Assembly (NCBI RefSeq): GCF_947563725.1
Contig: NC_079159.1
Location: 100,113,559-100,177,558 of the forward strand
From: Argiope bruennichi
Lineage: Eukaryota
Length of the DNA: 64,000 nucleotides
Direction: 5' to 3'
Shown: one piece after another, positions 27,636-42,803 of the stretch
How positions within the stretch are numbered: the stretch's first letter is position 1
Layout of the letters: each line of letters opens with the position of its first letter
Made by a program: the position numbers and the translations under genes
The notes under the pieces: generated by a model
Databases searched by the model: none
What the model saw: the letters and a program-made list of their open reading frames with translations, nothing else
What the model was told of the DNA's origin: nothing

Positions 27636-28708
27636 GTAAAATGATTTAAATGTACATATCTGAATATTATATATTGATATTTTGTCAAATACTTATAATT
27701 TATAATGATGGAACATGATGGCTTAATTTTAAGGACTTTTTCTTTATCATATGCATGTTTAAAGACTTTTGATTAATGTTTTACTTTTTGATTTTATTTT
27801 TGCTAAGAACAAAATATTCCTTTTGATATTGATGCAACATTTTTGTTTGTGCTTGATAATTAGTCCGAAAGTTTAATTTGGTCCAAGCAGAAATTAAATA
27901 AAAAAATGTTGAGATTGATTTATTCCCAAAAAGTGTTAGCATAAAAGAAGACTTTGAAAGAATTTTTTTCTAATATTATGATGATGCCAGCCTGGTCACA
28001 CATAACAAAACATATTTCAACAATTCAAAATAAGTGACTTTGTCTTTTTACTTTCTCAATTTGCCTATGCATTTCAGTTTATTGTTGATCTTATCTATTT
28101 CTAAGTTCCTGATTTGAATTAAAGGTGTACATAATTCCCAACTTCTCAGACTGTAAAGATATCATTTGAAATTCTTTCTCATTATCTTACCATATAACTA
28201 ATGAGATATCATCTAAGGTTGTCAATTTCTTAATGATGCCAAGATTAATAATTTTCATGAATGTTGCTTTCACTTATACGACTAAAAAAAGTAGCAAGTA
28301 ATAAATATCTCTGCAGTAAAAATGATGGAAAACCATTTGATTTTGTTCAAATAAGTGTAAATCATTTAAATTAACCTAATTATTCATTATCACTCTTTTA
28401 ATTATTTTAAATGCATCTTCATTAGAAAAATTTTTTATGTGACTCTTTTGTGTATTTTATTTTTTGCTTCTGGATCATTCATTATTCCTTCAAATTCCTT
28501 TATTATCTGTGATACAAAACAATTAACAAAGCTTACATAATGAATCATTCATTATTTATGCAAGTTTTGTTAATTGTTTTGTATCACAGATAATAAAGGA
28601 ATTTTTAAATTAGTTATATTTTTGGTATTTGAATGTTGCATCACTATAAATTTAATTTTTTGATTAAATGTAACTAATATTTTTTTAAATGACTTTTTCC
28701 TTTTTTAG

Positions 28709-28935
28709 CCACCTTTATTCCTCGTAAAGAAGTTGAGGTTTTAGAAACTATTTTTGCTACTGTGATTAATCCTAATCAAGCCCTTAGATTGCGTGCAAAA
28801 GCTGAAACCAAAGACAGAGATGGTAAAGAAAGAGTAACTGGAGAAGAGTGGATAGTCAAGAAAACTGGAGCTTATTTGCCTGGAGCTTATGAAGAAATAG
28901 TTGATGTTGTCAATGCCCATGTTTTAACTGAAAAA
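28709..28935 (+). CDS. MVP: MVP coding exon 4
   Basis: tttttag|..[75 protein letters not shown] aligns with human [49 protein letters not shown]...ILTEK. The donor reads aaa|gtaagt. Confidence 0.8.
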
Positions 28936-30034
28936 GTAAGTTTTAAGATTTAGCATTTTATCTTAAATTATTTGTGTCTTGTTTTATGAAAATACTATCT
29001 ACCTTTGTGGATAATTGGTTTTTAGAAATGTTGGCCATGTTTAATTTAAATTAAATATCTTAAGAATAATTTAAAATCCAGTATTCTCTCATCAAAAGAA
29101 GAGTTTGTCTATTAAGTCAAGTCCCATGATGTCATAGTGCCATTAAAAACTTAACTGAGTAATCGGTTTCGAATTGCATAATGTTTTATTGTGATAATGT
29201 AATTTGCCTTTCTGATACCTACTGTAAACTGCTTGGATGATTAGTAAAATCTTTATTCTTGATCTCCCACCTGTGGAAGAAGATTATGCTATTAAATATT
29301 GGAGTGAAAATGATAATTCTTTTAATTTGATTGTGACTATGAAATCTATTATTGAAAATAATAATAAAAAATTGTCCAACTTTTTGTAGAATTTTGTTTA
29401 CATGATGTAATCAAAATTAAAATGGTGTAAAGATCAGTTTTGTGCTGTAATATTTTCAGAAGTTATCTCGGGGGAAAATGCTAGCTTAGTTATTAATAAA
29501 AATTTCAAAACAAAAATTTTTTTCTCATCTTTCAAAGAATATCTGTACCAAATTGGTAGTTTTAGATCTGATGGCCTTTTCTGTAGAGCATTGACTTGCA
29601 CATACATACACAAGTTCTTTCTTTATTTGCATAGGTCATTTTCAATAACCTAAGCTATTCCAATGATACTTAATATTGTCTAACATATCAAATTTAAATA
29701 TTGCATTAAAATTATAAATTGTATGCATTGTTTGAATTTGCTTATTGATTGTATTGTATCTTAAATGTAGAAATAAATTTAATTCTACTTTGTTGTATGT
29801 ATTTTCATAATCAAAGATTTACTCCTGCCTTGATTATCAAATTTATTTGCTTTTATTCTTACTGTTTTATACAGATAATTTATTGCTATTTTCTTTCATG
29901 AAACAAATCTAATGCATTTGCATTTCATCACCTATCATTGATCTTTTAATCTGTATATAGTTTGCTTTAAAGTGTATAGTATGTAATATAACAGATTTAA
30001 ATTTTAATAGTTATGATGTTATGGATGATAGTAT

Positions 30035-30157
<123 letters not shown>

Positions 30158-30346
30158 TATGTATAATGTTTTTAAATCTTCAATCTAACTGAATTGTGCT
30201 TTAAGTCATGATATATTATTCAAGTTCCTCCTTATACTTGTCTTCCAAGATTCATATAAACTTCAAATGAAACATTATTTAAAATTTAATACCATAATCA
30301 AAACTGTTTATTTAATATATAAATCATGGATTATTTTTCTTTATAG

Positions 30347-30583
30347 GAAGCTGTTCATGTTAAAGCAAAGAAAACATTTGTTGATGAATTTGGCAAGACA
30401 AGAAAAAATGGAGAAGAATGGCTAATAACCTTAAATGATACTGAAACTTACATTCCAGGGGTTTATGAAGATGTTTTAGGAATCATAAAAATTACAACCC
30501 TTTCAAATCGTCAGTATTGTGTTATTCTGGATCCTGTGGGAGAAGATGGCAAACCTCAGCTTGGAAGGAAGAAGTTAATCAAG
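30347..30583 (+). CDS. MVP: MVP coding exon 5
   Basis: ttatag|[79 protein letters not shown] aligns with human ...[61 protein letters not shown]. The donor reads aag|gtttgt. Confidence 0.8.
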
Positions 30584-31577
30584 GTTTGTAATTAAAATTA
30601 AACCCTTTGATATTTAAATACTTTTTATGAAATTTTTTATTTATTAAATAGAAAATGTATTGCAATACTGTCAAAAGAGTGGCAGAAAAAAATTAAGTCT
30701 CATTACATTCAAGTTCCATTAATATAGTTTGAAATTTTACTTTAACTTGCTACTTGGAATTTGTAATTTTAAACATTTACGAAGAAATGTGGGCTCCCCC
30801 CCCCACAATTTTAATATCTGCAAGTGTTATACAATAATATGAATTAAATTTAAATTACATTTAAAAATTATAAAAAAAGCATGTAATTTTTGATTTCCAA
30901 ACTAAATTTTGCTATTTGAATGATAACTAAATTTTTTCTCTTCCATTTCTCATGAAACATAGCAATTTGAAAAATAAGTCAAAATAAAAAAATGTTGCGG
31001 GAACAAATGTAAATTATTCTAACTAGTACTATTGCTAACTAGTTTTTGCACTATAACATATCTGAAATTATTTATTGATGTGATTAAAATTCAAATGCAG
31101 TTTCTGTATGAAATCAAAATTAGAATGCAGAATGTCTATATTTTACATTGTATTGTATTGAGTTATTTTGGTAATGTAAAAAAAAAAAAAAAAAAGAAAG
31201 AAAGAAAGAAAGAAAAGAAAAGAAAGAAATTGTTCAAGTGTAATTTTTTAGAGCTTTATTTTTACAATGAAAGAATATTGCTAGTTATTACATTTCAAAT
31301 GGATTTTTATAAATTATTTTTAGGATAAAATGTTGCATTTCTTATTCTCTTTAAACGTTCAACTTATTATTTCAGTTTTATTATTTCTCTGTACTCTATT
31401 ATGATATCTTTTATCTTCAGTAATATCTTGATGTAGAATCTGCAGAATATTTTAAGTGAAGAAGTTTTTGGTAGATCACTTAAAATTATTTCTTAACAAT
31501 TTAAATATGATTTGTTTGATATCCTTGCATTACTTTATCACTGTTAAAACTATATTTTTATTTCTTTTTATGATTAG

Positions 31578-31709
31578 GGTGAGAAATCATTTTTCTTGCA
31601 ACCTGGTGAAAAGCTAGAAGCAGGAATCCAAGATGTATATGTTTTAAGTGAAACTGAAGGTCTCATTTTAAAAGCAAGAGAGCAATTCCAAGATACTAGT
31701 GAAACACCT
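31578..31709 (+). CDS. MVP: MVP coding exon 6
   Basis: gattag|[44 protein letters not shown] aligns with human [33 protein letters not shown]. The donor reads cct|gtgagt. Confidence 0.8.
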
Positions 31710-33973
31710 GTGAGTAGATTGTTTTACTACTACTATTTAATTCTAAAATTTTACTTTTATTTGAAAGCATATTTAACATATATTCCCATAATTTATATTA
31801 ATTTTTTTAAGTATTGTCATTAAACCTAAATGAAATAGAAACTTACTCAAACCAGGTGTTAAGTTTCAATTTTTAAAGAATTTATTTTTTTAAAGTCCCT
31901 CAAATCCCCCTTTTAAAAGTCAACTCATGACGTAAATGGAATATATACAAGTCGAACACAATATGAATGCTTGCATAGTAAATTTTGCAAAAAATCATAA
32001 GATTTCATTTCCGTTAGATAAAAAATTGCACATCAACCGCAACAAAATGAAGATTTTGAAGATGTCAAATACACTTAATTGAATAAAGTTCTGAATATTT
32101 TGGACTCATTTTATCATTACATGAATAATTCTGTTTTAAATTTTGTTAAAGTCTTAAAATTAATGTGTGAAAAATAGGATTTTTTGATGCAAGAAGACTC
32201 CTAGGGGAGTCTTCTTGCATATTCATAAATCCATTTTACTTAATTTAATTTAAATAAAATTTCTAGTTCTAATTGACCTGAATATTATTTAAGCCTTAGA
32301 GTAATGAGCATTTTTAAGATACAGAACTGCTATTAGCAAGATCTAAGAATCATCTTTTGAACTCATGTGCTTTAATATGTATTATATAAATACTTTTTTT
32401 GCATGGTGAAAGCTGCAAATTGTTGAGTAGCAGTAACTTCTTTTATATTCCAAAATGTCTTTCTGCAGATTTTTTTTTCATATCACCAAGGGGGAAAAAA
32501 TGAAATCTGATTGGGAATAGTAGCCTGTTTTCTATCTTTAGATTTAGCAGGGTGGGAGGACAATATATATGAGTGCTTTTTTAATATAATTTATTTTTGT
32601 CCTTTCTGGAACAACAAAGCAACTTTTCTTGACCATTACTGAAGCTTTATAAATAATAATTTTTGTAATCATTGTATATACAATTCATCTTAAGTTGCTC
32701 CTTTATGGTAGTACAACATTCAGTAGGGAATCTAATAAAATGTTCTTTAAATTTTTGAATTTATTTGCACATTATTTTAAATTTCTGGTCACTACATTAA
32801 AAATAAGTTTTACTTTTAATCATTCTAATGCATATTGAAGATAACGATAACAAAATTATCTATTGCATATTAATTTAATGGGTCTGAAAAATTAATGATA
32901 TTTCCTTAGGATTCATATATATATCTAGTTACTACATTAAAAATGAGTTCTGATATATGTGGTAAATTGAATTTTTTAATATCTTCTCTAAATTGAAAGT
33001 ATTTTAATTCATTTTGAAAATAGGTATGATAAATTTAACATATCCATTGTGAACAAAATTTTTTCCTTAGTTGTAGAATTTTTAAACTGATGTTCATCAA
33101 TTATTCTACCTTAGTAAATATAAAACTTGAATCTTGTTTTTCTTTTAAATTTGGCCTATTATGTTATTAAAGCAGTGTTCTATGATTAATTCTTCATTGC
33201 AGATGTATTTTGCCACGATTGAAAGACTGAAAGAAAGCAAATAATATACATAGCATAATTCATAAAAACAGAAACAATTTAAATACTTTATTCTTTTATC
33301 ATCTTCATGTAATAAAACAATTATACATTTATTATTATTATTGAAATATTTACTTTGGGGAACTATACTTAAAAGCATGCTATCCACTATTTCTCATCTG
33401 TTCAAGATTTTTCTGCCTTATTTTTGCTGTACATATAGCAAAAATGTCTGGAATCAGAATCTTTATAAAAAGTTATTTATAAGCTTTTTTAAATCCTTAT
33501 AGATTTTTCTTATTTAATATTAAGTAATTATTTTCAAATTTTACTTTACTTTTATATTTAGATTGCTCCAAAAAAAGTTATAGTTCATTAACATTTGAAA
33601 AAACCTTTTCTGCCATTATTAAAGTAAGAGTTGGAATTCTTTCATCACAATACGTCTTGTATTCATTGGGTATAGAATTAGTATCCATTTTAACAAGTTC
33701 ATTTGAAATCATGATACCAAATCCTTCTCCTCCTACTTAATACTTGTGGTGCAATTCATCTGAATTGCAAATTATAGGTTCAAAGTGGAGATTGAGTATA
33801 TTTGATACATATTATATTTTTGGGCAATTATCTTGGATTATTCATTGAATAGTTTTTAAAAAAAGTTCTGATTTCTAATAAACTAATATTTAGTTTTATT
33901 AATTATTTTATATTAAAATTAGGGATTTATTTGGAAATTTTTTAAAAAATCATTTGTACTCTTATTTATACAG

Positions 33974-34123
33974 CCAGTTACTCGCAATCCTGGAGATCGC
34001 TGGATGATCAAAGGGCCTACTGAATACATTCCACCTACTGAAGTAGAAATAATTATTAAACGATATGCTATTGCTTTAGATGATAATGAAGGGATATATG
34101 TGAGAAATATTAAGTCTGGTCAT
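33974..34123 (+). CDS. MVP: MVP coding exon 7
   Basis: tacag|[50 protein letters not shown] aligns with human [45 protein letters not shown]. The donor reads cat|gtaagt. Confidence 0.8.
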
Positions 34124-34973
34124 GTAAGTAGGTCAATGCATTCTATTTCTTTTTGTTTATTTTTATTATGATGTACTTAGATTTTTCAACTTTTCAAACA
34201 TTTTTTTTAAAGTTTTAATTATTTAGATGTAATGGTATATATAACTCAACTTAAACATACAACTATGATTACAGATTTTTTTAAAAAAAATTATTATTTT
34301 TTAGTGTTGCACTCAAAGTTATTTCAAATACATTTTTTGCTCATTATTTATTTAATATATTTCTGAAGCACTTATTGACTGTAATTGTATGATCTTGCAA
34401 AAGTAAAAAACTTTTAGATGTTATTTAACTTACAAACCTCCAGTTTTATTATTTAAAATGTTCTTTTATTAATATTCATAACTTAATATTTTTCCTAATT
34501 GAAACAGTGTTCAGTATTTTTGATTATTTCATTTTATCATATACAAAGCATTATTGATAGTTTTTGTTAAAAATATTAGAAACAAATTTAAAATTAATTA
34601 AGTTAATCCATTCATTAATCCCTTTTTTAAGCAACTTCTTTATTTTGCCATCATATAATCATCATTACAAGCATTTCTCATTTCTGAAATTAAAATTTAA
34701 TTTAAAGAACAACTCTGTTTTTGACCAAGGGGCATGCCATTTCTATGCAATATCTAGAAGGAGAGAGAGCTGCAAAGTTTGCAAAGATACTCATTTAGAA
34801 GCATGAGAGAAGATTTATAACTTTCTAAAATGGATATGAATAGATATGGATCAGAAAATAAGGAATAAATTTCTACATTTGGCTTAAAATAATATATCAC
34901 ATATGGAAATGCTTTTTACTGTAATTCTTTTATTTTGAACCACATGAATTGATCTTCAGTATTCTTTTAATAG

Positions 34974-35239
34974 ATACGGCTTATATCTGGTTCAACATAC
35001 ATGCTTAATCAGGATGAAGAATTGTGGGTTAAGGAGCTTCCACAACAAGTAGAAGAGCTTTTAAATCAGGGGCATGACCCTTTAAGTGATCGAGGCTCTT
35101 GGAGAATGGCAAGAGGTGTTGCTGCTGCACAAGTAAAGCAGAAAACTAGGTCAGAAGAAGATGGTGCTAAGGCAATTACTCTGAGAGTTCCTCATAATGC
35201 TGCTGTGCAGATATATGATTATAAGCAAAAGAGATCTAG
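34974..35239 (+). CDS. MVP: MVP coding exon 8
   Basis: aatag|IRLISGSTYMLNQDEELWVKELPQQVEELLNQGHDPLSDRG...ITLRVPHNAAVQIYDYKQKRS(R) aligns with human [41 protein letters not shown]...RVPHNAAVQVYDYREKRAR. The donor reads ag|gtaaac. Confidence 0.8.
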
Positions 35240-36845
35240 GTAAACATTGAGTAATTATCAAAGTAGCCAAAATATATTTTTATATTTAATTTTACTAGCA
35301 AAGTACCAGTTTTTTATGAGTACTTTTATCAAATTCATTTATTATTGAATTTTCAAAATATATTCATTGTATATTTGTTATCAGATTTATAGGGCAAAAC
35401 CATAATGATATTGAATTTTCACCATTCTGATTTGCTTTCAACCATATTTCATCCTCAACACATGCAAAAATTTCAATGTATTTGGCAAAGTTAATACAAC
35501 TATAACATCTTCTTGTTAATTCATTTAATTGTATTTAATTTTTTTGGAATTGCAAACTAATAATGTTATTTAGTTTAAAATAGGATATTCCTATGAGTAT
35601 CATCTCCTGTAGATTTATATAAATATTGTATGTATGAGCTTTGAATTAAGTATTTGTTAATAATTCATTAAAAATCTTAGAGCAAATTTTATTTTTTTGA
35701 CCTAATAGTGGTACTTTTATAATAAGATTCTGCTAATCAAAAAATCTGTATTTATGTATTGCAGTCATAAACTGTGATAACTGGTTGCATATTCTTTTGT
35801 GTTAAAATGTCTATTTATCAAGGCAAACTGAGGATTGCCTTTCTCTATATCTCCACAAAATGACATATTTATTTCAAATAATCATGTTTAATTAACTTTC
35901 CTTTTATGATATACCAGTGATTTGATTTTTAAATTTCTTGAAATGATCTTTGTTCTCTACTGACATCTCATATTACTGAAACCATTTTTTTTTCTTTGTT
36001 TATTTCTCTCATCAAAATCTTTTAATATTTTATCTGTTTGAAAGAGAAAGGATATATACTTGACGAGTAATATTAATTCCCCCTTTTCAATTAAATCCTA
36101 TGTGATTCACTCTCCATGCCATCTGATGGACCTAAATTCTCACTCTTAAAGTAGTTTCTCTCTTGTCTTTTCTGAGACATAGGCAGATCACAATGCAGGG
36201 TAATTTATTTCATTCAAAAGTAGTAGTCATAGTTAATAGCTAAAAACAAATTATAGAAGAGGGTGGCATAGATATATAAATAGAAACCAAATTCAGTTAA
36301 AGGGTTATTTGGTTTGTTTTTTTATGTATCTTAATATTTGCATTTAATCATTCTACTTTTAAAGAATTACTGATTAAGATAATAAAATTATGAGAATTTA
36401 CTTTTTAAAATTGGTAAATTTGTACCCTCTATGCTGAATTTGTTAGAAATCGCATTTAGTTCTTTCCTCTGGTTACCCTTCTTAACCTAGGAACATATTT
36501 TAAGTATCTTTTTTGACAATATATTTCATTGTTGATATGAAACTCAAACTGTTTTCATTCTTGCTACCAGCATTTTAAATGTTAATTTCAAATTTTTAAT
36601 CACTTCTGCTATTTCCAATTATATATTTGATGCATAGAGACAGAAATAGGAACATGAATAGCATAATGAAAAAAATACTGTAAGTCTTATCAAATAATAT
36701 GTATTATGTTAAAAAAAGCCATCAAAACAAAGCTTCACAAAATATTTAATATTGAAAGTTTTGGCAAATCATTAATTTTGACTCACTAATTTCCAAAGAT
36801 GGATGATATAATATAAAAATATTTTATTTATTTTCCTTTAAATAG

Positions 36846-37043
36846 AGTTATATTCGGTCCTGACCTTGTAATGCTAGCTCCTGATGAACAATTCACTCAA
36901 CTAAGCTTATCTGGGGATAAACCAAAGAGACCCAATGTTATCAAAACTCTTTGCTTGCTTCTGGGACCTGATTTTTGTACAGATATCATAACAGTTGAGA
37001 CTGCAGACCATGCTCGACTTTCCCTGCAGTTGTCCTATAATTG
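36846..37043 (+). CDS. MVP: MVP coding exon 9
   Basis: aatag|(R)[65 protein letters not shown](W) aligns with human [66 protein letters not shown]. The donor reads tg|gtatga. Confidence 0.8.
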
Positions 37044-40000
37044 GTATGATAATATTTTTATTATTTTATACAAATACTTCTTGAATGTATCATAAGTGTA
37101 TTTTGATACTAATTCAATGCTTTTATTTCTTTTAATGCTATTCTGAAAGAAAGTTTAAAAACTTAATGACAGATTTTACATTTTTTTTATGGAAGACATT
37201 TATAATTAAGGTTAATATTTGTCGTGCTGTTTTTTAACATTTCGATAAATGAATTTTGTTTTAGGTTGATATTTAACTAAAAATGAATTGTTCCCATTTT
37301 GTGAAAATATTTTAAAATGACAAAAGTAAGGAATAATAGGAAACCTGAAACCCTTTTTTTTATTATTATTATTTTCTCAATGAAAGTTCATTGATATAAA
37401 TACTTTTTAAACTTTTCAGTAATTGAGAAGATACTAATTAATGCTATTTGATTAGCAAAACAATATTAATCAAGTATTAGAGCCCATTATTATTTTTTTT
37501 CTTGCAACATATAAACAGCTGAATATGATATAATATTCTCTAGATACAATATTTTTTTTAATTCATTGTTAAAGCTATATAACTGCATAAAAGAAATTAT
37601 TATAGTATATTCATACAGCTAATAATATATTCATATATACTATGTAGCTATATTACTTTTTCTATTACTTATATTCCATTGGTAAAGACTTATTTTGATA
37701 AACTTACCAACAGTTTTGTTAATAATGAGATGCTTTATTGTAATAAGTCTGTCTGAATTTCAAAATAATGGATTTGTACACCAAATAAAAAAAATCTTAA
37801 TTCATAATTTTTTTTTCAAACTTCTTTACATATATGAATCTGAATTATTTTCTTGTCTGAAATATAAATACTCTAAAACAAGCAGTGAATTTTGTATGGA
37901 TACCAAATCTTATAAAATGGGCTTGCCTTCTGGTTAGAATTGCTATGAATTAGTTAAGTATAGTAAGAAAAAAAAAAGAATTTGTGTTATAATATATCAT
38001 CAGAAGGATAAAGGGAATTTCTAAAACTATTAATTATTAGCATAGAACATGAAAAATTTAAATTTTGTTGCCTGATTAAAGTGAGAAATGAGTAGTTTGT
38101 TTCTTAAAGAACATTTCTTATTATTTTCTGAATTTTTTTTTCTTTCTATGTTTTATAGCATGAGAAAACTTGTCACGTTCATTCATTCTTCATTTATTGC
38201 ATAGATGCAAATAGACATTTTTAACAAATTAACTTTTTTTTTTTGTCTTGTGATGCATATTTATTAATCTTAATTGAAGTAAAATTTCACTGTTTTCTAG
38301 AATGTGTGTTGTGAGGCTTCACCTTTATTTTACAAAATATGCTCATATATGCTACTACTTATACAACAGAGTGCATAGCATCATGAAAAGTGCTTAAATT
38401 TGAAAGCCATTTTTAAGCACCTTTAAAGTGCTTAATTTTCAGAAAAGATCTTTAAAAATTGCCCAGTTTTCTTGTGAAGATGAAGAAAGCTTTTAATATT
38501 GTTTTGTTTCCCCTCAAGTTAAATATGATAATTAAAAATTATGGTCGTAAAGGCTTGTTTACCAGATGTATCAAAAAAGAAAACCAACAAAAGGGAAGAA
38601 TTCGAAGAAGTATTCCGGGGATTCCAGCTAATATTAAGATAATGTTTAATATCCCCTCTTTTTTTTATCCCCTTTTTTTCCAGCAATGTGCATTGCTATT
38701 TATTAGAATACTGGAATAAATATCTGGAAGGTGCAGTCCTAAATACATACAATGCCATATTTATTGTGAATCGAAAATCATTTCAATTTTTAATGTTTTA
38801 GATGTTGAAGAATTTAAGTTATGCCTGGTAAGTATATATTTACACTTTTATGTGTTTAGAAGAATATGCAATATGGTTGCATCAACGGAAAATATGAAAA
38901 TAGCAGCATGAATTTGATGCACCAAAACAATGTATCGTACTTGGAAAAAGCTGCATAAAAACACAAGCATATTCTATTATCATTCTCATTAATATGTCAT
39001 TTTTTAGCAATCGCTTGAATGATCTACTGCAGATATTCAACTGTACTATATTGAATTGTAATTAATTGCGGTACATGATTATGTTAGTCAATCTCGTAAA
39101 ATCTGGCTTAATGAAATTTAATTTGAAGCCTTAAATTTTCAATGATCGCGATATCTTTTGCGGTATTTTTTGCATGTCCCCATCAATTTGAAGATTTATA
39201 TTTGTTAGATTAATTATGCCAAATTTATTTTGATTAAAAAAAAAAAAGGAATTGCTGTGTCTAGCACTTAACTTTTCCCGCAATGCAATCTTTCTGTATA
39301 TATAAAGTCTTGTCCTGAGGATGACTGCTGGATCTGGTGCTTAAATATTTTTAAAGAAATAATAAAAAGTTTTTTAAATTTTTCTTTTCAGAACTTAGTT
39401 TCTATAATTTTACAAGGATGTTTTTTCTTTTTATATCTCTCATAAAAAAAATTGCCTAATGAAATCTCACTTTATATATAAAGTTTTGTTTTGAGCAACA
39501 CCTAGCATAAGACCATTGAATTTCAGAGGATGAAATTCAGGAAGTTTTTTTTGGGGGGGGGAAGAAGTAGAGGCATACTAAGAACGGATTTCCCAAACTT
39601 TTTGTTTGAAATTTAGTTAAAAACTAGAATTTTAATGTGTTTTTATCATTAGCCTATTATCGCATAAAAAATTTCTTAACACTATTTTAAATGTTAAAGA
39701 ATAGCTTTTGAATAATAAAAATCTTGTTTGGTTGAATGTAATTTTAAAAGAAATTCTAAAAAATTAGTTTTGGACACAGTTTTTAACAAAGATTTTATTA
39801 TTTTTATGATCTTTTCTATACTATTGTCAAATCCAAAAGGGCATAATTTTACAATAGATGTACAAATACAGAAATATTAAAATTTAAAAAATAAGTATTT
39901 AAAATTATTCTTTATAGAATTTTTTTCAATAAAAACTATGCATTTTTATGAAACATAAGAAAATATGCTTAGAAAATACGCAGTTTGTGTATGCATACGT

Positions 40001-40208
40001 ATACAAAAGTACTTAATTTTAGCAGCAGTTTTTGAGGACCCTGCACAAAAGACAAGACGTCATTAAACATAAAATGCCATCAACTAATAGCAAAATATCT
40101 TGTTTATGGTCCTTTTCAGATATTATTCCTATCATATTGAATAGTATTCCCATTTATGTATTCATTCATTTTATTTTTATTTATCTTTATATTTTACTTC
40201 ATTTGAAG

Positions 40209-40350
40209 GTACTTTGATGTTGGTGACAAAAGCCCTGAGGCAGCTGCTAAATTATTCAGTGTCCCTGATTTCATTGGAGATCTGTGTAAAGCAGTAGCTT
40301 CCAGAATTCGTGGTACTGTAGCTGGAACAAATTTTGATGATTTTCATAAG
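40209..40350 (+). CDS. MVP: MVP coding exon 10
   Basis: ttgaag|(W)[47 protein letters not shown] aligns with human [35 protein letters not shown]. The donor reads aag|gtaaat. Confidence 0.8.
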
Positions 40351-41500
40351 GTAAATTCTTTCTTGTTATTGATTTTATAAATTGGCAATTACAAAAAAAA
40401 AAAAAAAAAAAAAGATTATTTATTTAATGGAAATTTTTAAAGATTATAAAATTTGCTTCTTATTTGAGGATAACTGATTATTGCATTGTGGAAAATAATT
40501 GAAAAGAGAAAATATTTATAAAATGATAGCATCATGATTTAATTTTTCATTTTTTTTATAAATTTTGTATATTCATTATCAGAATTTTTTTGGTACTAGA
40601 TTTTAAGGTTTTCTTTTGAAAAAGGATTTTTATTAAATATTGGTTATTGGAATGTTAAATCATCTGTATTTCAATAGACAAATTTTTATAATGTGCCTTT
40701 ATATGCAATTTAAGTTAATTGAGGAAAATATTATTTAGTGTCAAAAATTGTATTACTTAATTTCATAAAATACTATTTTTTTCCCCTATCATAAACAGTG
40801 TTATGAGCTAAATTCTTTCTAAAAGATTTATTTTACATTTTTGATTTATTGATAATCAGTTTTATTTTACAAAATATCTGTTGTAATAGATAAGATTAAT
40901 TGACTCTTTTATACATAATTTTTTGAAAATATTTTCAAGCTGTATATTAAATGCACAAGTTTCTCTCTCTCTCTCTCTCTCGACCTTTAATCCTCAATTG
41001 AATTTCTCAACTATTCTTTCATGCATAATTATATGAAATTTAAAAGGCTTTTTATATACTTGCATTTAACTTGATTTGTTTTTATGTTTGCAAAGACAAA
41101 TTTTGTAATTCAATTTTCTTTCATTTCTAATATTAGATTTTAATTAAAATTAAAATCTCTATTGGCAATTCTTTAAAACTTATTCAGTTAACCAATTAAT
41201 TTAATTCAATTTTGATTTTATGTCAGTAGTGAATTAGAGAAGGAATTGATTTTATGATTCCTTAATATCTCTAATAATTTATTATTAGAGATTCATAAGT
41301 AGAAAATAATTAAAATAAATTCTACTTATTAGCAATTACTTGTTTTTGAAAGTTTGGATTAATATTTCCTATCCTAGAGAATGTCAAATGAATGCATGTT
41401 TGAATTTTTTTATATAATTATATAAGATATGTTAATGAATAATATACTAAGATTTTTTTTTTTTAGTGTTTATATGTGTAACTCATCTTGTCTGTTTCAG

Positions 41501-41712
41501 AACTCTGCAAAAATTATCCGCACAGCAGTTTTTGGTCTAGATGAAAACAAGAAGGTTAGAAAAACCTTCAATTTCCCACAAAATAATTTAAACATCACCA
41601 GTGTTGATATTCAGAGTGTTGAGCCAGTGGATCAGCGTACTAGAGATTCATTGCAGAAGTCAGTTCAGCTTGCAATAGAGATCACCACTCAAAGTCAGGA
41701 AGCTACTGCTAG
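41501..41712 (+). CDS. MVP: MVP coding exon 11
   Basis: gtttcag|[70 protein letters not shown](R) aligns with human [12 protein letters not shown]...[40 protein letters not shown]. The donor reads ag|gtgagt. Confidence 0.82.
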
Positions 41713-42559
41713 GTGAGTAATATATGTGCTGTTTTAATTTGTGAAGTATGAGAGGCATTTGATTTCTTTTTTATATAGAAAGTGTTTCCTTGAGCTTTAA
41801 ATATTAAGTTAATATAGGTACAGGTGACATTTTTTTGAAGTAAATATAATAATTATTGAGCTACTTTTCATCAGTTTCATGTTTTGAAATTTAAATTCAT
41901 ATAACATGATCAACTTTTGCACCACTATGTCATAGAAGTTGTCCGTTGTAATAGAAATTATCTATTAGATTTTTCTGTATGACATTCACTTTATGCACAG
42001 TTTGTAAAACAGCTGTTCAAAGTAATTCAAATAGCAAGGTTTAGAATACTGGAGGAAAATATTAGTTTCTCCCAATCACCTAATATTGGTTTTTATTATA
42101 TTCTTATCAATTCTGCATCATTCAGTTAACAAGAGATGATTGTTTAATGTAATGTCATTGATATTTTTTTAAACCTTTGAAAAATTAAATCTAAAAACTA
42201 TTTTTTCTTGATGGTCATATTTCATACATTTTATCACAAATCTGTCTTTACATTCTGTAGGTTAAAGAATAAACAGTGATATTTCCAATCTTAGTAAGAT
42301 AACAATTGAAAAGTGACAATTATAGTATGTTATAAAAGTTATTTAAATCTCTATCAGCAACATATGGCTTGCTCATTACTACACAGTTCCACTAAAAATC
42401 CACTAATAATGTCCACTAATAATCTGCAGCATATATCCTATCTATTAATGAATGTCATTTAGGAGGTTAAAATAAATACTTTCTAGTTAACCTTTTAAAT
42501 GGCATTTGTTAAGATACATTAGAGATTTTAAAAACTACAAATTTTATTTATATATGTAG

Positions 42560-42803
42560 ACATGAAGCTGAAAGGAGGGAACAGGAAGCTCGTGGACGAC
42601 TGGAGCGCCAGAAAATATCTGATGAAGTTGAAGCAGAGAAAGAAAGAAAGAGTTTGCTTGAGTTGAAAGTGAGTAGTATGGCAATAGAGAACTGTGGCCA
42701 AGCTAAAGCAGAAGCATTAAGTCGGGCTGAGGCCCAAAGAATTGAAGCTGAAGCTGCTGTTGAACAAGCAAGGTCTAAAGCAGAAGCTATGAAGATTGAA
42801 GCT
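42560..42803 (+). CDS. MVP: MVP coding exon 12 (start of the coiled-coil cap helix)
   Basis: tgtag|(R)[81 protein letters not shown] aligns with human [65 protein letters not shown]. The donor reads gct|gtatgt. Confidence 0.82.
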